DNA of 64,000 bases, from positions 39,680,001 to 39,744,000 of the forward strand of contig OZ024752.1 of assembly GCA_964016885.1 (NCBI GenBank), written 5' to 3'. This stretch comes from Eledone cirrhosa (taxonomy: Eukaryota). Every line of letters begins with the position of its first letter. Position 1 is the first letter of the stretch. The position numbers were made by a program, and so were the translations under genes. The notes under the pieces are model-generated. The model was given only the letters and a program-made list of their open reading frames with translations, had not been told where the DNA came from and made no database searches. Shown piece after piece: positions 45,035 through 59,800 of the stretch.

Positions 45035-46007
45035 ATTACCTATTATTTTTACTTAATAGGTTCTAAAATTAAATTTGTATATGAGAATATTCTTAACACC
45101 ATTTATATAATTTCGTCTATATTTGCATAGGAAAAAAAAATCTACTAAATATTTTCAAATCTTTCTTTTATAAATAACTGAACAAACTAACTGAACTTTA
45201 TAAAGAAAATCTTCAACTTACTGTAACCAATTTATAGTTATAATACTTTTTCCTAAAAAAAAAAAGTACAGATAAATTTATAAACTTGCATGTTTGAAAA
45301 AAAACTTGTACAAGCTTATGGTAAATTTGCACTTGAAATCTAACTGCCTGCCTAAAAGCATCATACTTTGAATCCTCTCATTTTCTTGATATTTGTCTTA
45401 TGGTATTAATTATTCTTATTTTGTTCTGTATATTTCCTGAGAAAATATGGTTGGAATAAAGCACCATAATGGTAATTTCCATTTTCTCCAGAAATAGATG
45501 CAATATTCTAGCCATGTTGAAATGTTTATAAAGATGCATGAATAAATACTAATTTTCTATCTTTGACTTTCTTAAAATTTTGAATTTTAAATGCTCACCT
45601 ATATGAACTGCCCTTAATCATCCAGTTTTTTTTTTTTTTTTTTTTTTGCTCACAAAGAACAGAGGACGGTAAAATGCATCAAGTTTATTTCATCTTACCA
45701 ATGAAAATAGTGAAGTACTACTCTATAACTTCACATACTATATATATTTAATTAGAAACTGAACAACACAATATATAACTACTCCATTATGTTTTGAATA
45801 GAAAATATGAAAATCATATTACCTATTCATAACATCTCTATCTGATGAACGATCTAGACATATGTTAATATTGTCTAGGGTCTTGAAACCTTTGGTAATG
45901 GAGTAGTTATTATTTATTGTTGTTGTTCACTTTCTAATTAAATAGCTTTGTTCTATACATAGAGCACTCTTTTTTCCTTTGCTTTTTCTTCGGAAATACC
46001 TAACACA

Positions 46008-46072
<65 letters not shown>

Positions 46073-48083
46073 CAATTAATAATAATATATAATGGGACAT
46101 TTTTTCCAACAGATCTTTAACACAGTAAGCCACAGAATAGATGGAATGGCTCCTGGCCCTGACTACTTTAATATATCTAAGAATGGAATGGTTTATGTTA
46201 AAAAAGATCTGAAGCTTGGCACTGAATCAAATTACCAAGTAAGTTATTGTTGATATTATTCTTACAAGGGTGGTGGTTTGGCGTCAGACGCCATGCTTTT
46301 CAGCATAGAGTTATGGCCCTTTACGTTCTGAGTTCAAATCCCGCTGAGATTAACTTTGCCTCTCATCCTTACAGGATCGATAAAATAAAAAGTACCAGTA
46401 ATGCATTGGGGTCGATTTAATCAACTTTCCTTAACCCCAAAATTGTTGACCATGTGCCTAAATCAGAAACCATTATGTTCAGCATAGAGTTATGGCCCTA
46501 TACGTTCTGAGATCAAATCCCGCTGAGATTAACTTTGCCTTTCATCCTTACAGGATCGATAAAATAAAGTACCAGTAATGCATTGGGGTCGATTTAATCA
46601 ACTTTCCTTAACCCCAAAATTGTTGACCATGTGCCTAAATCAGAAACCATTATGTTCAGCATAGAGTTATGGCCCTATACGTTCTGAGATCAAATCCCGC
46701 TGAGATTAACTTTGCCTTTCATCCTTACAGGATCGATAAAATAAAGTACCAGTAATGCACTGCAATAATTGCTGGCCTTGTGCCAAAAGTAGAAACAATT
46801 ATTTTTGCAACTTCTCTGTAGAAAGTAATTTTTGTTTATTTAAATTAGAATATGTGCTTTCTGATGATTAAATTGAAATTAGATCTGCATTTGAAGATGA
46901 AGGGCCAATGAGATCAATCTGTAAACTGTTTTGATAAGATGGTTACATGAGCACATCATTCTTTATATATATATATATACATATATGTAATAAAATATGG
47001 AGAAAAATACTGCAGGTAGCGCATGGATAACATGTAATAAAATGAGTCCCTCATCAGTGATTTGCCGACGATCATAGATATTTCATTGCTGTATATATAT
47101 ATATATATATATATAACGAAGGAGTTGTGGTAAGGAACCAGATGGACCATAATGCACCAGAGTACTCAATACTTAGGGTAGTAGAGTAGGTAATAGGAAA
47201 ATGTATGACCCCGACAGCATATATATAGGCACATGGCTTAGTGGTTAGAGCATTGGCCTTGCAATCAAAAGTTGTGAGTTCAATTCTCAGACCGGGTGAT
47301 GTGTTGTTTCCTTGAGCAAGACACTTTATTTCACATTGCTCCAGTTTACTCAGCTGTAGAAATGAGGTGGTAGGGACTGGGGTCCCTATCATTCCACTGC
47401 AAAGTGGTCGTGGAGGTGCCACAGCAAAAAATGCACCCAGCACTCACTGTAAATGAGGTTGGTGTTAGGAAGGGCATTCAGCTGTAGAAATGAGGTGGTA
47501 GGGACTGGGGTCCATATCACTCCACTGCAAAGTGGTCGTGGAGGTGCCACAGCAAAAAAAGCACCCAGCACTCACTGTAAATGAGGTTGGTGTTAGGAAG
47601 GGCATTCAGCTGTAGAAATGAGGTGGTAGGGACTGGGGTCCATATCACTCCACTGCAAAGTGGTCGTGGAGGTGCCACAGCAAAAAAAGCACCCAGCACT
47701 CACTGTAAATGAGGTTGGTGTTAGGAAGGGCATCCAGCTGTAGAAATCAAGCCAGAATCAGTTCCCGTCCCACCCTTGCAAGCAGGGAAAAAGCAGATGT
47801 AAAATGAAATGAAATGATGTATGTATGCAGCTCTGTAGTTACTGATGATGTTGATCTTTTCTTCGTTTCCTATTATAGCTACTGTCGCTCAGAGAGTGGG
47901 ATTGGCTCAGTGCACAGTCTTTCCTCACTTTAAAAAGTATTTTCACGCACAGGCATTGCACAATAGAATTAATTAATAATTATTAATAATGGTATATTGA
48001 GGAGGCAGCCATCATCATGTATGTATGTATGTATGCATGTATGTATGTATGCATGTGTGGATGTATGTATGTGTGGATATGTA

Positions 48084-48133
<50 letters not shown>

Positions 48134-51100
48134 GAGAGAGAGGTGGGGGAGTAAGTAGAATCACCTGTCACTGTAGTTACACACCTAACACACACACATA
48201 CATCTATGTAAAAGACACCCCTCTCTCTCTATCTCTCCCCTCCCTCTCTCTTCGTGTAGATTTAGATATTTCCATAAATCTTTTGCAGTAGTTATTTTAC
48301 ATAATTATAATCATGAAGTTATAAATGGAATTCAGTTTTGAAATGTAAAAATATTGGGTCATCAAGTATGAAATTTGTAGAAATTTGTTGTTTTTTTTTT
48401 CTACAATTTCTACAAATTTGATACTTGACGTGGGATATTGTATTTGTAGAAATTGTTGTTTTTTTCTACAAATTTCATACTTGTTCACCCAATACAATAT
48501 CCCACGGCAAGATTTGAATTCATGATCAATAGATCCTTAATTATCATCTCTGTTTTATGGGTTAGTAAATGTTAAGAAAAATAATTAAAATAATTTTTAT
48601 TTTAACCTGTTCAGTGCTGTGTATACTTTACACAGCTACAGTTGCTGTGTTGGGTTTTTTTTCCAGTAAAATGACTATTTTGATTGACAAACATCATATC
48701 AATAAACTAATAACCCCATCTAGCTTTGAAGTTATGAACTGTTGGGAATGAGTTCATAACTTTGAACTCCTTTCCAGCAGTTTTTATAACTTCAAACATG
48801 TTACGATGAGTTATCTCATCTACAGCATTGAAGTGGTTAAATTCTTTTAGTAATATTTTATCTTTTTGTTTTAATAGTTGCAAATTGTTGCTACTGACAA
48901 CGGTTACCCACCAAAACAGGGTAATGGCATACTGAACATTTTTGTGGAACGAAATTTTTTCACACCAGCATTTAAAAGTAATTTATATACAGAAACAATT
49001 CCATACACACAGTCTCTTGGCAGCACAATTCTTACTGCCTTTGCTACGGATAACGATTGGCGTGTAAGTATATATATATATCATATTTTTCATGCAGTTA
49101 ATTTAACACCAATCTAATACATGGCGTTCATTTTCTGCTTTAATACTGTTTAAATTATGTAAAATGTGACTATTTGAAATCAAAATAAAATATCATAACC
49201 ATTAATAAAACTAATTATCATTAGGATATGTTTTTTATTGGAAAATTGTGTTTGATATTTTAAAATCTGATATTTACTTTTTTTTATAGGCCCCAGAAAA
49301 TAAAGTGAAATATTCCATGCTCCCAAATACACCATCATCCATCAAAAAGTATTTTATGATTGATGAAATTACAGGAGCTATCAGACTGGTAAACAGTTTG
49401 GTTCAGGATATTTCTCAATTGACTACATATCAGGTAAGAGAAAACATTTTTCATAAAATGTTTTCATTTAACCCTTTAGCATTTAAATTACTCTGTATTT
49501 GATATTGTATTTTCACAGTAAAGGCTTTACCTTACATAATTATCTCACATAATATGGAATCTATGAGATTTTGATATTATTTATTTTAAGAACAATACCT
49601 TAACATCAGTATGAGTGGTTGGTTACAGCCGGTTTGAACAGAAAGTGGTGAGAGAATTCTGGCTGGTTGCATCTGGTTTAAATGCTAAAGGATTAATCAT
49701 CTTCAACTATGTTGTTTTGTTTTTGTTCTTTCATGGGCTTAGTGACACTTGTATATTACATGAGCTCCAAACAAGTCTGATCCCTTTTCAAATGTTAATT
49801 TGTATAAAATAAAAAACAGTGCTGTAACACCTTCTCTTGTGGCAACCTGGTGCGTTTGGCTATCAGCCCAGGCTCTGTTGCTCACCAAACCAAAAAGGGC
49901 AAACGGTCCAATTATTGACCACTCTCGGATAGGTTTGTGATCAAGCCTGTAGAAGTGGAGACTTCCGGTGTTCTTGGCTCCTGAACCACATCCCTATTCA
50001 CTGATATTGAGGCGAAGTTGGCTGCCCACAGATGCAAGACCCGTGAGGTGGAGAGGCTGTTTTAGTACATCTTCATCACCATTCTCCAGGACAATGCATT
50101 CTCCATCCTGCCTGTTGGCCAGAAGCCAGAGGTGGAGGGCAAGTTAGTTGGTAGTGGAGGGTACTCGTTCCAACATCACTTTTACAACTAAAGTATATTT
50201 ACATGTGTACGACTGTGAATTAATTTTTAGTCTTTATTAACAGTTAGACCTCTTATGCAACAAAACAATACAAGAATTTGAGCTTTTCTATTGTTAACAT
50301 TCTAGGAAATACTTTTAAAACATTGGTAGCATTTCAAGATTTCATATCTAGTTAATTAAAGTTGCCAGTTACTACCAAATGTTTTATTGAATACCCTCAC
50401 CTCATGTCATGAATTGTCTCAGTCAGGTTTGGGTGCAGTTATTCAATATCTGTATTTAGTTCTGGTTGTCTGTTGTGATAAATCATCATCTTTGCTATTG
50501 GTTATATTTTCTCCTGTGACTTGACAGTACAATGCAATATTGGGAACAAATTTGCTATACATAACACAAGGAAAATCTCTGCAAGCCAATACTTATGTAG
50601 ACATACCAACTCTTCTTCATCTCATTTTTGTTGTACATTATTTTGTCTTGTATGGGGCGGTGGATTGGCAGTATTGGTAGAGGGTTGGACACCATACTTT
50701 GCAGCATAGAGTTACGCCCCTTTACAAATCCCGCCGGGGTTAACTTTGCCTTTCATCCTTATGGGGTTGATAAAATAAAGTACCAGTAATGCACTGGGAT
50801 AATTGCTGCCCTTGTGCCTAAAATAGAAACAATTATTTTGTCTTGTGTGCCTTATTTCTTATTGCACATTCTTTACCAAGGCAAATAAAGTATTGCAGTA
50901 ATCCCTCTAGACTAATTTCACAACAGTAGTACTTCATTAGATTTTATTTTGAGTAAGCCTTCTTTATGTTTGCTAAATTTGAAATTCAAATTTTATTCTA
51001 AGTTAACTGTCTATTATATATACTGTATCTTATAATCGATAGATTTTACATGAACATAGATATTATCCTTACTGAATTATTCAATATAAGAGATAATTTT

Positions 51101-53329
51101 CTTTGTATGTTTTTGATATTTTATAAGTAGTTCTCCAAATTAATTGTTCTGTGTTTTTTCTTTCTTTCAGTTCAGTATTCAGGCTACTGACATGGGGAAC
51201 CCAGCTCGTATAAGCGCTGCAGCCCAAGTAGTTATAAATGTTACGCGAAATGATAACCCACCAGTTTTCAGTCAAGCAAATTATGAAACAACAAAATCAA
51301 GAAATACTGTAATAGGATCCGATATTTCAAAAGTCATAGCCACAGATAAAGACACGGTAAAGACACCTTTTATACTAAACATTACAGAGAACACTTGCAA
51401 ATAATCCTCTAAATGTTTAGAAAGATTTTGATATTCAAAAAGTATCTTGGAAAACCCACCAGCTGACACAGAGTAGAGTGCTGTACCTTCATCCTCACAA
51501 AAGAATGAAGATAAATCCTGCCTTGCATTATTTATTTTTATCCTTTTATATACTCAGATAGTGATAAAGTAATTACCAGTAATTCACTGAGGTGATTACA
51601 ATTGACTTGTGCCTCTTTGAAAAATGTTGTATTCTTATACTAATGTAAAAATAAAATCCACTTCCACAATCATCATAATCACCCTTATCACCTTCATTAA
51701 TCAGAACAAGTCAGTGGGCTTGCAGCTCAGCACTTGTAGAAGCAAGTTCATGTTGGTAAGCATCATGTGTGGCTATAACAATGGTTTTGTTTTGATACTT
51801 TGGATCAGACCACCAGATGGATAGGAACTAGGATGAGGTTATGGGAATATTTGTTGGTCTCAAACAGCAGCTGACTAGAACATAGCTATTCTTGAAATAT
51901 CATTTCTACCATTTATTATTGCTTCATTGTGTTTTGTCCTTGTTCTGTGACCAGATTGAAGCATTTGCCCTTTTGCTTTTTGTATACGTGATGCATAGAC
52001 AGTCTACGCTGTGAATGTGTGGCATTAAGAAGGGCATGCAGCCATAGAAACCAAACCAGAAACAGTTCTGAATGAGCAACACATGATCATCTGATTTGGC
52101 TTGTCTCACAATGGGGCAACTCGTCTAGCATGGAAAAATGGATGTTAAACAGACATGATGATGATTGAAATAAATAACTAAATGCTCTATTGCATTACTA
52201 ATCAAGTCATTTTAAAGTGGACATGACATTTAGTTTTTCATTGGTGAAAAAAATAAAACAGGATAGTCGTGGTTGAAATGCCTTTGAACACACATCTCCT
52301 TAATCAGCACTGACATGTGACTAAACAATAACAAAAGTGAATACAGAAAGTTTTACTGTAAAAACCTCTCACTTATCCTTTTTGATACCAAACCAACTAA
52401 AACTGCTCCTGGTTTAATGTTACAAAACTATCTATTTTTAAATGTTTATATTTATCTAAAAGCCTTTCATGTAAGAACGTTTATTAACCCTTTCATGACT
52501 GTATTTCTAGTGAAATACACACTATTTCAATTAATTAATGAAGAATTGTGAGGGATTTACTAAAATTATTAATTATTTCATTAATAAAATCGTAACATAG
52601 TGTAAAGTTCTTATATAAAATTTTATTGGAAGATTTTTATTTAAATTGGAAACCTTTAAAAGGGGTATTTTTATTTCATAGAACCATGAAAACCTTTAAA
52701 AGGGGTGGTTTTATTTCATAGAACCATGGAAACCTTTAAAAGGGGTGGTTTTATTTCATAGAACCATGGAAACCTTTAAAAGGGGTGGTTTTATTTCATA
52801 GAACCATGAAAATCTTTAAAAGGGGTGGTTTTATTTCATAGAACCATGAAAACCTTTAAAAGGGGTAGTTTTATTTCATAGAACCATGAAAACCTTTAAA
52901 AGGGGTAGTTTTATTTCATAGAACCAGAGCCTATTTTGGCCGGGTTGCTAGCATAAGCGTTAAGTCATGTTTTAAACAACAGATAGATAATGAGAAAATT
53001 ATTTATATTATTAAATCTGTCTGAATTATTGATTATTTTCATGAGAAATATGATAATAAAAGGGTTAAAATAGTATTGCAACAGTGAATTCTTTTAATTG
53101 AAATATTCCTTTTTGTATTTTGAATTTTCAGCAATCTCCATTTAATACAATTTCATATGACATTATTGGAGACCAAAATGCTGGGACTTTTTTCACTATT
53201 GACTCAAATGGTCAGATCAAACTAAAAAAATCAGTTGATCGAGAAAAAGAAGAAGTCTATTATGTAAGTTTAAAGTAAAAATATATATTCAAAATTTTCT
53301 TAGCTATCATTTAGTATATGTCTTGCATA

Positions 53330-53426
<97 letters not shown>

Positions 53427-53586
53427 TTATTAAAATAACAGATTAAAGTTTAAGCAAAGGATCGCTGCTTTCACCCATAACGGGATCTTCTGAAATGTAT
53501 TTATCCTTATCGATATGTATTTATCCTGATATGTATTTATCCTTATCGAGCCCTCTTTGGATTTTAGTCTTCAAATTTATTATTAC

Positions 53587-53620
<34 letters not shown>

Positions 53621-53799
53621 TGAGCATTATAATAAATGTTCAGTGAATCCATACGTACATATATATATGTGTGCATGTATGTATATATATATACATACTA
53701 CTGTACGTCTGTATACATATATGTATGTACGTGAACATACTTGTATTTAAGTAACAGCCGTACTAAGAGTGGGAAATGAAATTTCGTTTCATTTTTTCC

Positions 53800-53832
<33 letters not shown>

Positions 53833-54221
53833 CTTAATACATTAACAGAGAAAGCTATTAGCGATACTCCGACCAACTTCCATCTCACTCAACAAACATT
53901 AGGAAATACCTAAGTATATTCCCAATTATACGTTTGTGGTGCTAACTATATTGTATTGTGTGGAAAGTCGGCTGTATTATTTTATATGAGACATAATTAA
54001 ATAAATCTCACTTTCCATATGATAGTTTCATTATAAGATTTCTACAAAGTGGGAGAATAATGTTTAAGTTCTGTAGAAATTTGCAGATAATCAACAGATT
54101 TCCATGCAATTGGGCTCTTATAACTCTTCAGTGGAATGCCCAGGCAAAATCAATATAAAAAACTACATCGATATTAATATTCACCGATACTCACCGTCAG
54201 TGCTATATATATATGTGTGTG

Positions 54222-54272
<51 letters not shown>

Positions 54273-54527
54273 ATATATATATATATATATATGTGTATAA
54301 TCGCTGCTTTCACCCTTAACGGGATCTTCTGAAAGTTTCAGAAGATCCCGTTAAGGGTGAAAGCAGCGATTCTTTGCTTAAACTTTAATCTGTTATTTAA
54401 ATAATATATATATGTGTATATATATATATATATCAAATACCAATGATCATTGGCAAATCACTGATGAAGGACTAATTTTATAATATGTAATCCATGTGCA
54501 ACCATGCAGTATTCTTCTCCCCATATT

Positions 54528-54565
<38 letters not shown>

Positions 54566-55130
54566 ATACTTGGGGAGGGTCATATTTGTGTAATATTGCC
54601 AGAATTAATAACAATTAATCTGTTATTAATTCTGGCAATATTACACAAATATGACCCTCCCCAAGTATAACAATATTTGTTTCGACACACGATTTCATAT
54701 CAAAAACCTCGCAAAACTATATATATATATATATATAATATATAAGAACAAAAGATGGTTAAAAGAGTTCCATGTATTTTATTACGCGCATTTCAAAAAC
54801 AAATATCATCATGCAATAATATTTGTGTTTTCATCAGATAAAACAGGAGGACATGATATGAAGGTTAAAAAACACTTGTGGATAGTTCAGTTTTAAATCA
54901 ACACAAGTGTTTTTTAACCTTCATATCATGTCCTCCTGTTTTATCTGATGAAAACACAAATACTATTGCATGATGATATTTGTTTTTGAAATGCGCATAA
55001 TAAAATACATGGAACTCTTTTAACCATCTTTTGTTCTTATATATTATGTATACTCCAGTCCTACAAACTGTAGAGTGCTTCTTATCCGATATCTGCATTG
55101 CTTTATTGTACTACAATAAATCTCACCTCC

Positions 55131-55185
<55 letters not shown>

Positions 55186-56787
55186 GAAAAAGTGAAGAAT
55201 AACATGGTCAACAGTACAAAAAAGGGGATTTATTTACTGTCTAACAATTGTTTCTCTGATTAAGTTGTCTAAAAATTGCTGATCACTATAAGCAGTGCCA
55301 CTCAATTTCAAATACGATGACATCAAATACGATCAGATCATCAGAAACTGTTACAAAAAATATATATAACCGGCAAATTTACAAATTCAAATTACATCAT
55401 CAATAATAATATTAATTGTTTCTACTATTGGCACAAGGCACAGCAATTACCCAGTACATTACTGGTACTTTATTTTATCGACCCCGTAAGGATGAAAGGC
55501 AAAATAGAGAGAGAAAAAATAAAGTAAGGGAGATAGATATATATGTATATATATATGTGTGTATATATATATGTATATATATATGTATGTATATATATAT
55601 GTATATATATATATATATATATATAAATATATGTATATATATATATGTATATATATATATATGTGTATATTTCATCATCATCATCATCATTTCATTTTAC
55701 GTCCACTTTTGCCTGCTTGCAAGGGTGGGACGGGAACTGATTCTGGCTTGATTTCTACAGCTGGATGCCCTTCCTAACACCAACCTCATTTACAGTGAGT
55801 GCTGGGTGCTTTTTTGCCATGGCATCTCTACGACCACTTTGCAGTGGAATGATAGGGACCCCAGTCCCTATCATCTCATTTCTACAGCTGAGTAAACTGG
55901 AGCAATGTGAAATAAAGTGTCTTGCTCAAGAAAACAACACATCACCCGGTCTGAGAATTGAACTCACAACCTTTTGATTGCAAGGCCAATGCTCTAACCA
56001 CTAATCCATGTGTCTATATATATATATATATATTAGAAAGATCGAGTATCGAAAAATCGGCGCACGAGTTCACGATAAACGAGATTCGGTATGAGCGGCA
56101 GAGGGCTCAATAATTCAGATGAATCAGAGCTATAACTATCGTTAAAATACCGTCACATATAGAACAAGTCTACAATCAACCATACGATTTAAAATCGATA
56201 GAGGAAGATTCGGGACAAACAGATAAAAAATATCAATAAAACAATACGTCAATAATTTAAATGAATGTAAAATCATACCCGGACCCACTAGACAGGTGTT
56301 AAATCTAGCTTCATGGGTTTCTGTAAATCCTTAGACTGTACTCTATCAGCTCACATATAAATATAAAAGCCTACTAGAGTAAGCGGAACGGAGGTTTACT
56401 TTCTCAACGAGTTTTTTCCTGGCGGCAGAGGAGCCAACTACCAGTGAAAAACGCACATGGCATTAGACAAGGGAGATGACCCCTATATCCGCGAAAACAA
56501 TTCGAGTAAATGTGGAAATACACATATCGAATTAGAGTGCTCAATAGACATGTTAAAATAAAACAAAAGCTATTCATCACTCAATAGAATCGACAAAAAA
56601 TGAGCAATAAAATTAACTGGTGGATAGCTATGTCCAGAGCTAAATATATTAGAAAGATCGAGTATCGAAAAATCGGCGCACGAGTTCACGATAAACGAGA
56701 TTCGGTATGAGCGGCAGAGGGCTCAATAATTCAGATGAATCAGAGCTATAACTATCGTTAAAATACCGTCACATATAGAACAAGTCT

Positions 56788-56850
<63 letters not shown>

Positions 56851-59800
56851 CATATACATACATACACAAACAAGTCTTATTCCTATAGCCATGACAACAG
56901 AAAAATAAGAAGAAATATTTACTTTACAAACATTTTTTCTTGTGACAATGTTTTACCTTTGTATAATTGTTTCCAATTTTTTCGCATCATTATTATGTTT
57001 ATTTAAGATAATATTTCTCTTTATTCTTATTTTTAAGATCCGTGTACAAGCGCGTGATGGTGACAGTCAGTCTATATACCGTAATTCTGCAACTGCTGTA
57101 GTCCAAGTTAAAATAAACAGAAATTTATTCGCACCAGAATGGATACTGACCCCTTATGAGGCAACCATTCTAGAAACTCTCTCTCCAGGTTCTACATTAC
57201 TTACAATACAAGCAAGAGACAGTGATGTAATGGTATGAGCTTCATTCCTCCTTAATGTTAAAATATTATTCATCTTTTATTTCACAGTCGTTTCACAATA
57301 TTTTTCTAATATTTTTCTTTCAGTTCTTTGTGTTTTCTTAATTTTGCCTGTTTGTGACAGCAATTTGTAAGGAATATTTCATATGCTCACAAATCATTAT
57401 CCTTACTGACAATGTGGCTTTTACTTGCAGCAACTTTATATAAAGATTTTTAAATGTGGAAACCTTATATAAAGGACTTTAACAATTTTTAACAGTATTT
57501 TAAAGCAAATATAAAACGTATTTCTTTTAATACTAATTAATCACACAGTAATTTATCTATTTAATGATTATTTCATTAGTAATTACACAAAGCTAGCTAT
57601 TGACTATGTAAGCAATTCTCAAATTGTGTACCATGACTAAGTTTCATATGCAATTAATGAAACTATATTTTTAAAATATGAAAAATACAAGTTGAAGTTC
57701 TTTTAATTTATTAAATAAAGTAAATACTTAATAATTTTCTGTAGTTTAAATTATTTTTTTATCAGCTTGATGTAGACAAATATTGTCTTTAAATCCATTC
57801 TCTTTACTTTGTACACAATATTTGCCAAAATATTCCTATTTACTCATAAATGTGCTGCTAAGGAAAAAAACTGAGAACCACTGGACTATAAATGTCAATG
57901 TATCACATTGTAAGTAACACATTCTCTAGTGGAAACCTGATGCATTAGGCTACCAGCCCAGACTGTGCTGCCCACCAGGCTGAAGAGACAAACTATCCAA
58001 ATATTAATTTTGTGGTAGAGCCTGTACCAGTGGAGCCTCTTCTGGCATTCTTAGCTCCCAGACAACATCTCTACTCACTGCTAAACGAGCAGAGTTGGCT
58101 GCCTGCTGGTGCATGCCTTGAAAGGTGGTAGCTGTTCCAATTTGTCTCCCTCACAGTCCTCCAGGGCAATGTATTCTCATCCTGTCCATCAGGACCAAGC
58201 AGCAAAGGGTAAGTTAAATGGAGGTGGAAGATATTCATTTGGATGACGCACATTTCCTTCTCTCACCCAACGTTTTGCACAAACAATAAGAGAAAATAAC
58301 TACATGTCCCTCTCGGTTGTTACTTTTCAATTATAATTTATTTATTTTCTTTTAATTTTCAGCCTCCATACAATTTGATAGAATACAAATTTAAATCGGC
58401 AACTTCTTTATTCTCTCTGGATGCTTCAACAGGTGCTATAAGTGTAAAACAAACTTTACCAAGCCAGACATCTTCTCCAATTCAAGTATGAATAATACTG
58501 ATTTTCTTTTTTTTTTTTGTTCTTTTTTGCATGTTTTTATTTTTGTAAGTTAAATTTATTAAATCATTAAAATCACTTCTAATAGAGTAACTTTTCTTTA
58601 AAATAACTTATCAATGTCTGTTTTAACCAAAATTTTTTATCTATATTTTTTAATTACTAATCTATATTTTCTATGCTCCAAGTTGTACTTTGAAACTGAA
58701 ATATAAATTTAAAGCAACTAAATACTAAATATTTAGACAAATATATATAAAGTGGCAAATTGGCAGAATCATTAAAACATCAGATAGAATGTTTTGTGGT
58801 ATTTGGTTTAGTTGTATATCCTCCGTGTTCAAATTCTGATTTGGCCTGTTTTGCCTTTACTCCTTTCAAGTTTGATAAATAAAGTACCAGCCAAATACTA
58901 AGGCTGATTTTAACAACTTTGCTCTCCCCTTAAATCGCTGGCCTTGTGCCTAACTTAGAAACCATTATATTTTTAAGTCTTCAATATCTTTCTAATCATG
59001 AAATAATATAACATTGTGTTTCTGGCTACAAAAAACCTCTTACAAATAATTCTGTTTTAAATCTTTTATTAATTTTTATTTTCAAAGGATATTGAGAATA
59101 TTTATTTCCTACAATCCCATTTAACTATAACTAGTTTTAATTTTATTAAACTTTTTTTTATTACTGTTGTTCATAGCTGGAGGCTTATGCTTATAACAAA
59201 GGCAATCCACAACAAAGAAGTAGCCCGGTAAAAATATCAATCAAACTGATAAAAGACAATTACCCACCAGAATTTATCCGACCAGCAGATTGGAAACTTT
59301 TAATACAAAGTGGATCTCTTGCTGGAAGCACTTTAGTCACAGTTATGGCAAGAGATAATGATACAACTGTAAGTAAATAATTCACTATTTTGTATAAAAT
59401 GTATATTTACTAACACCACAATGCTCTAAGTTTATTATACATCACTATAGGACATGAAAACTTCCCTAGTATTGGATAAAACTCACCAAGTACACTCAGT
59501 AAAGTAGTTGGTATTAGGGATGGCATCCAGAAATAGAGAAAACATGCCAAACAAACAGTTATATAGAATTGGTTGAGGGCTTCCTGTATTTGGGAGCAAA
59601 GATTGGGAATACAGAAGATGATGTGGTTGAGAGGAAGAGCAAGGCCTGGGCGGCGTGCCACAGCTTGAGATCGGTGTGGAAGTCGGACCTTCGTAGAGAC
59701 CTGAAGGTCCGCCTCTTCATTGCTGTAGTGGGGTCTGAGACTTGGACACTGACCAAGAAACTCACTCAGATGGTGGATGGGTGCTACACAAGAATGCTGA

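Noticed and set aside
47040-54500. CTGATGA motifs at ~47050(-) and ~54461(+), plus ~10333(-) and ~30568(+), as hammerheads
   Set aside because: No properly placed GAAA or stem I pairing could be established
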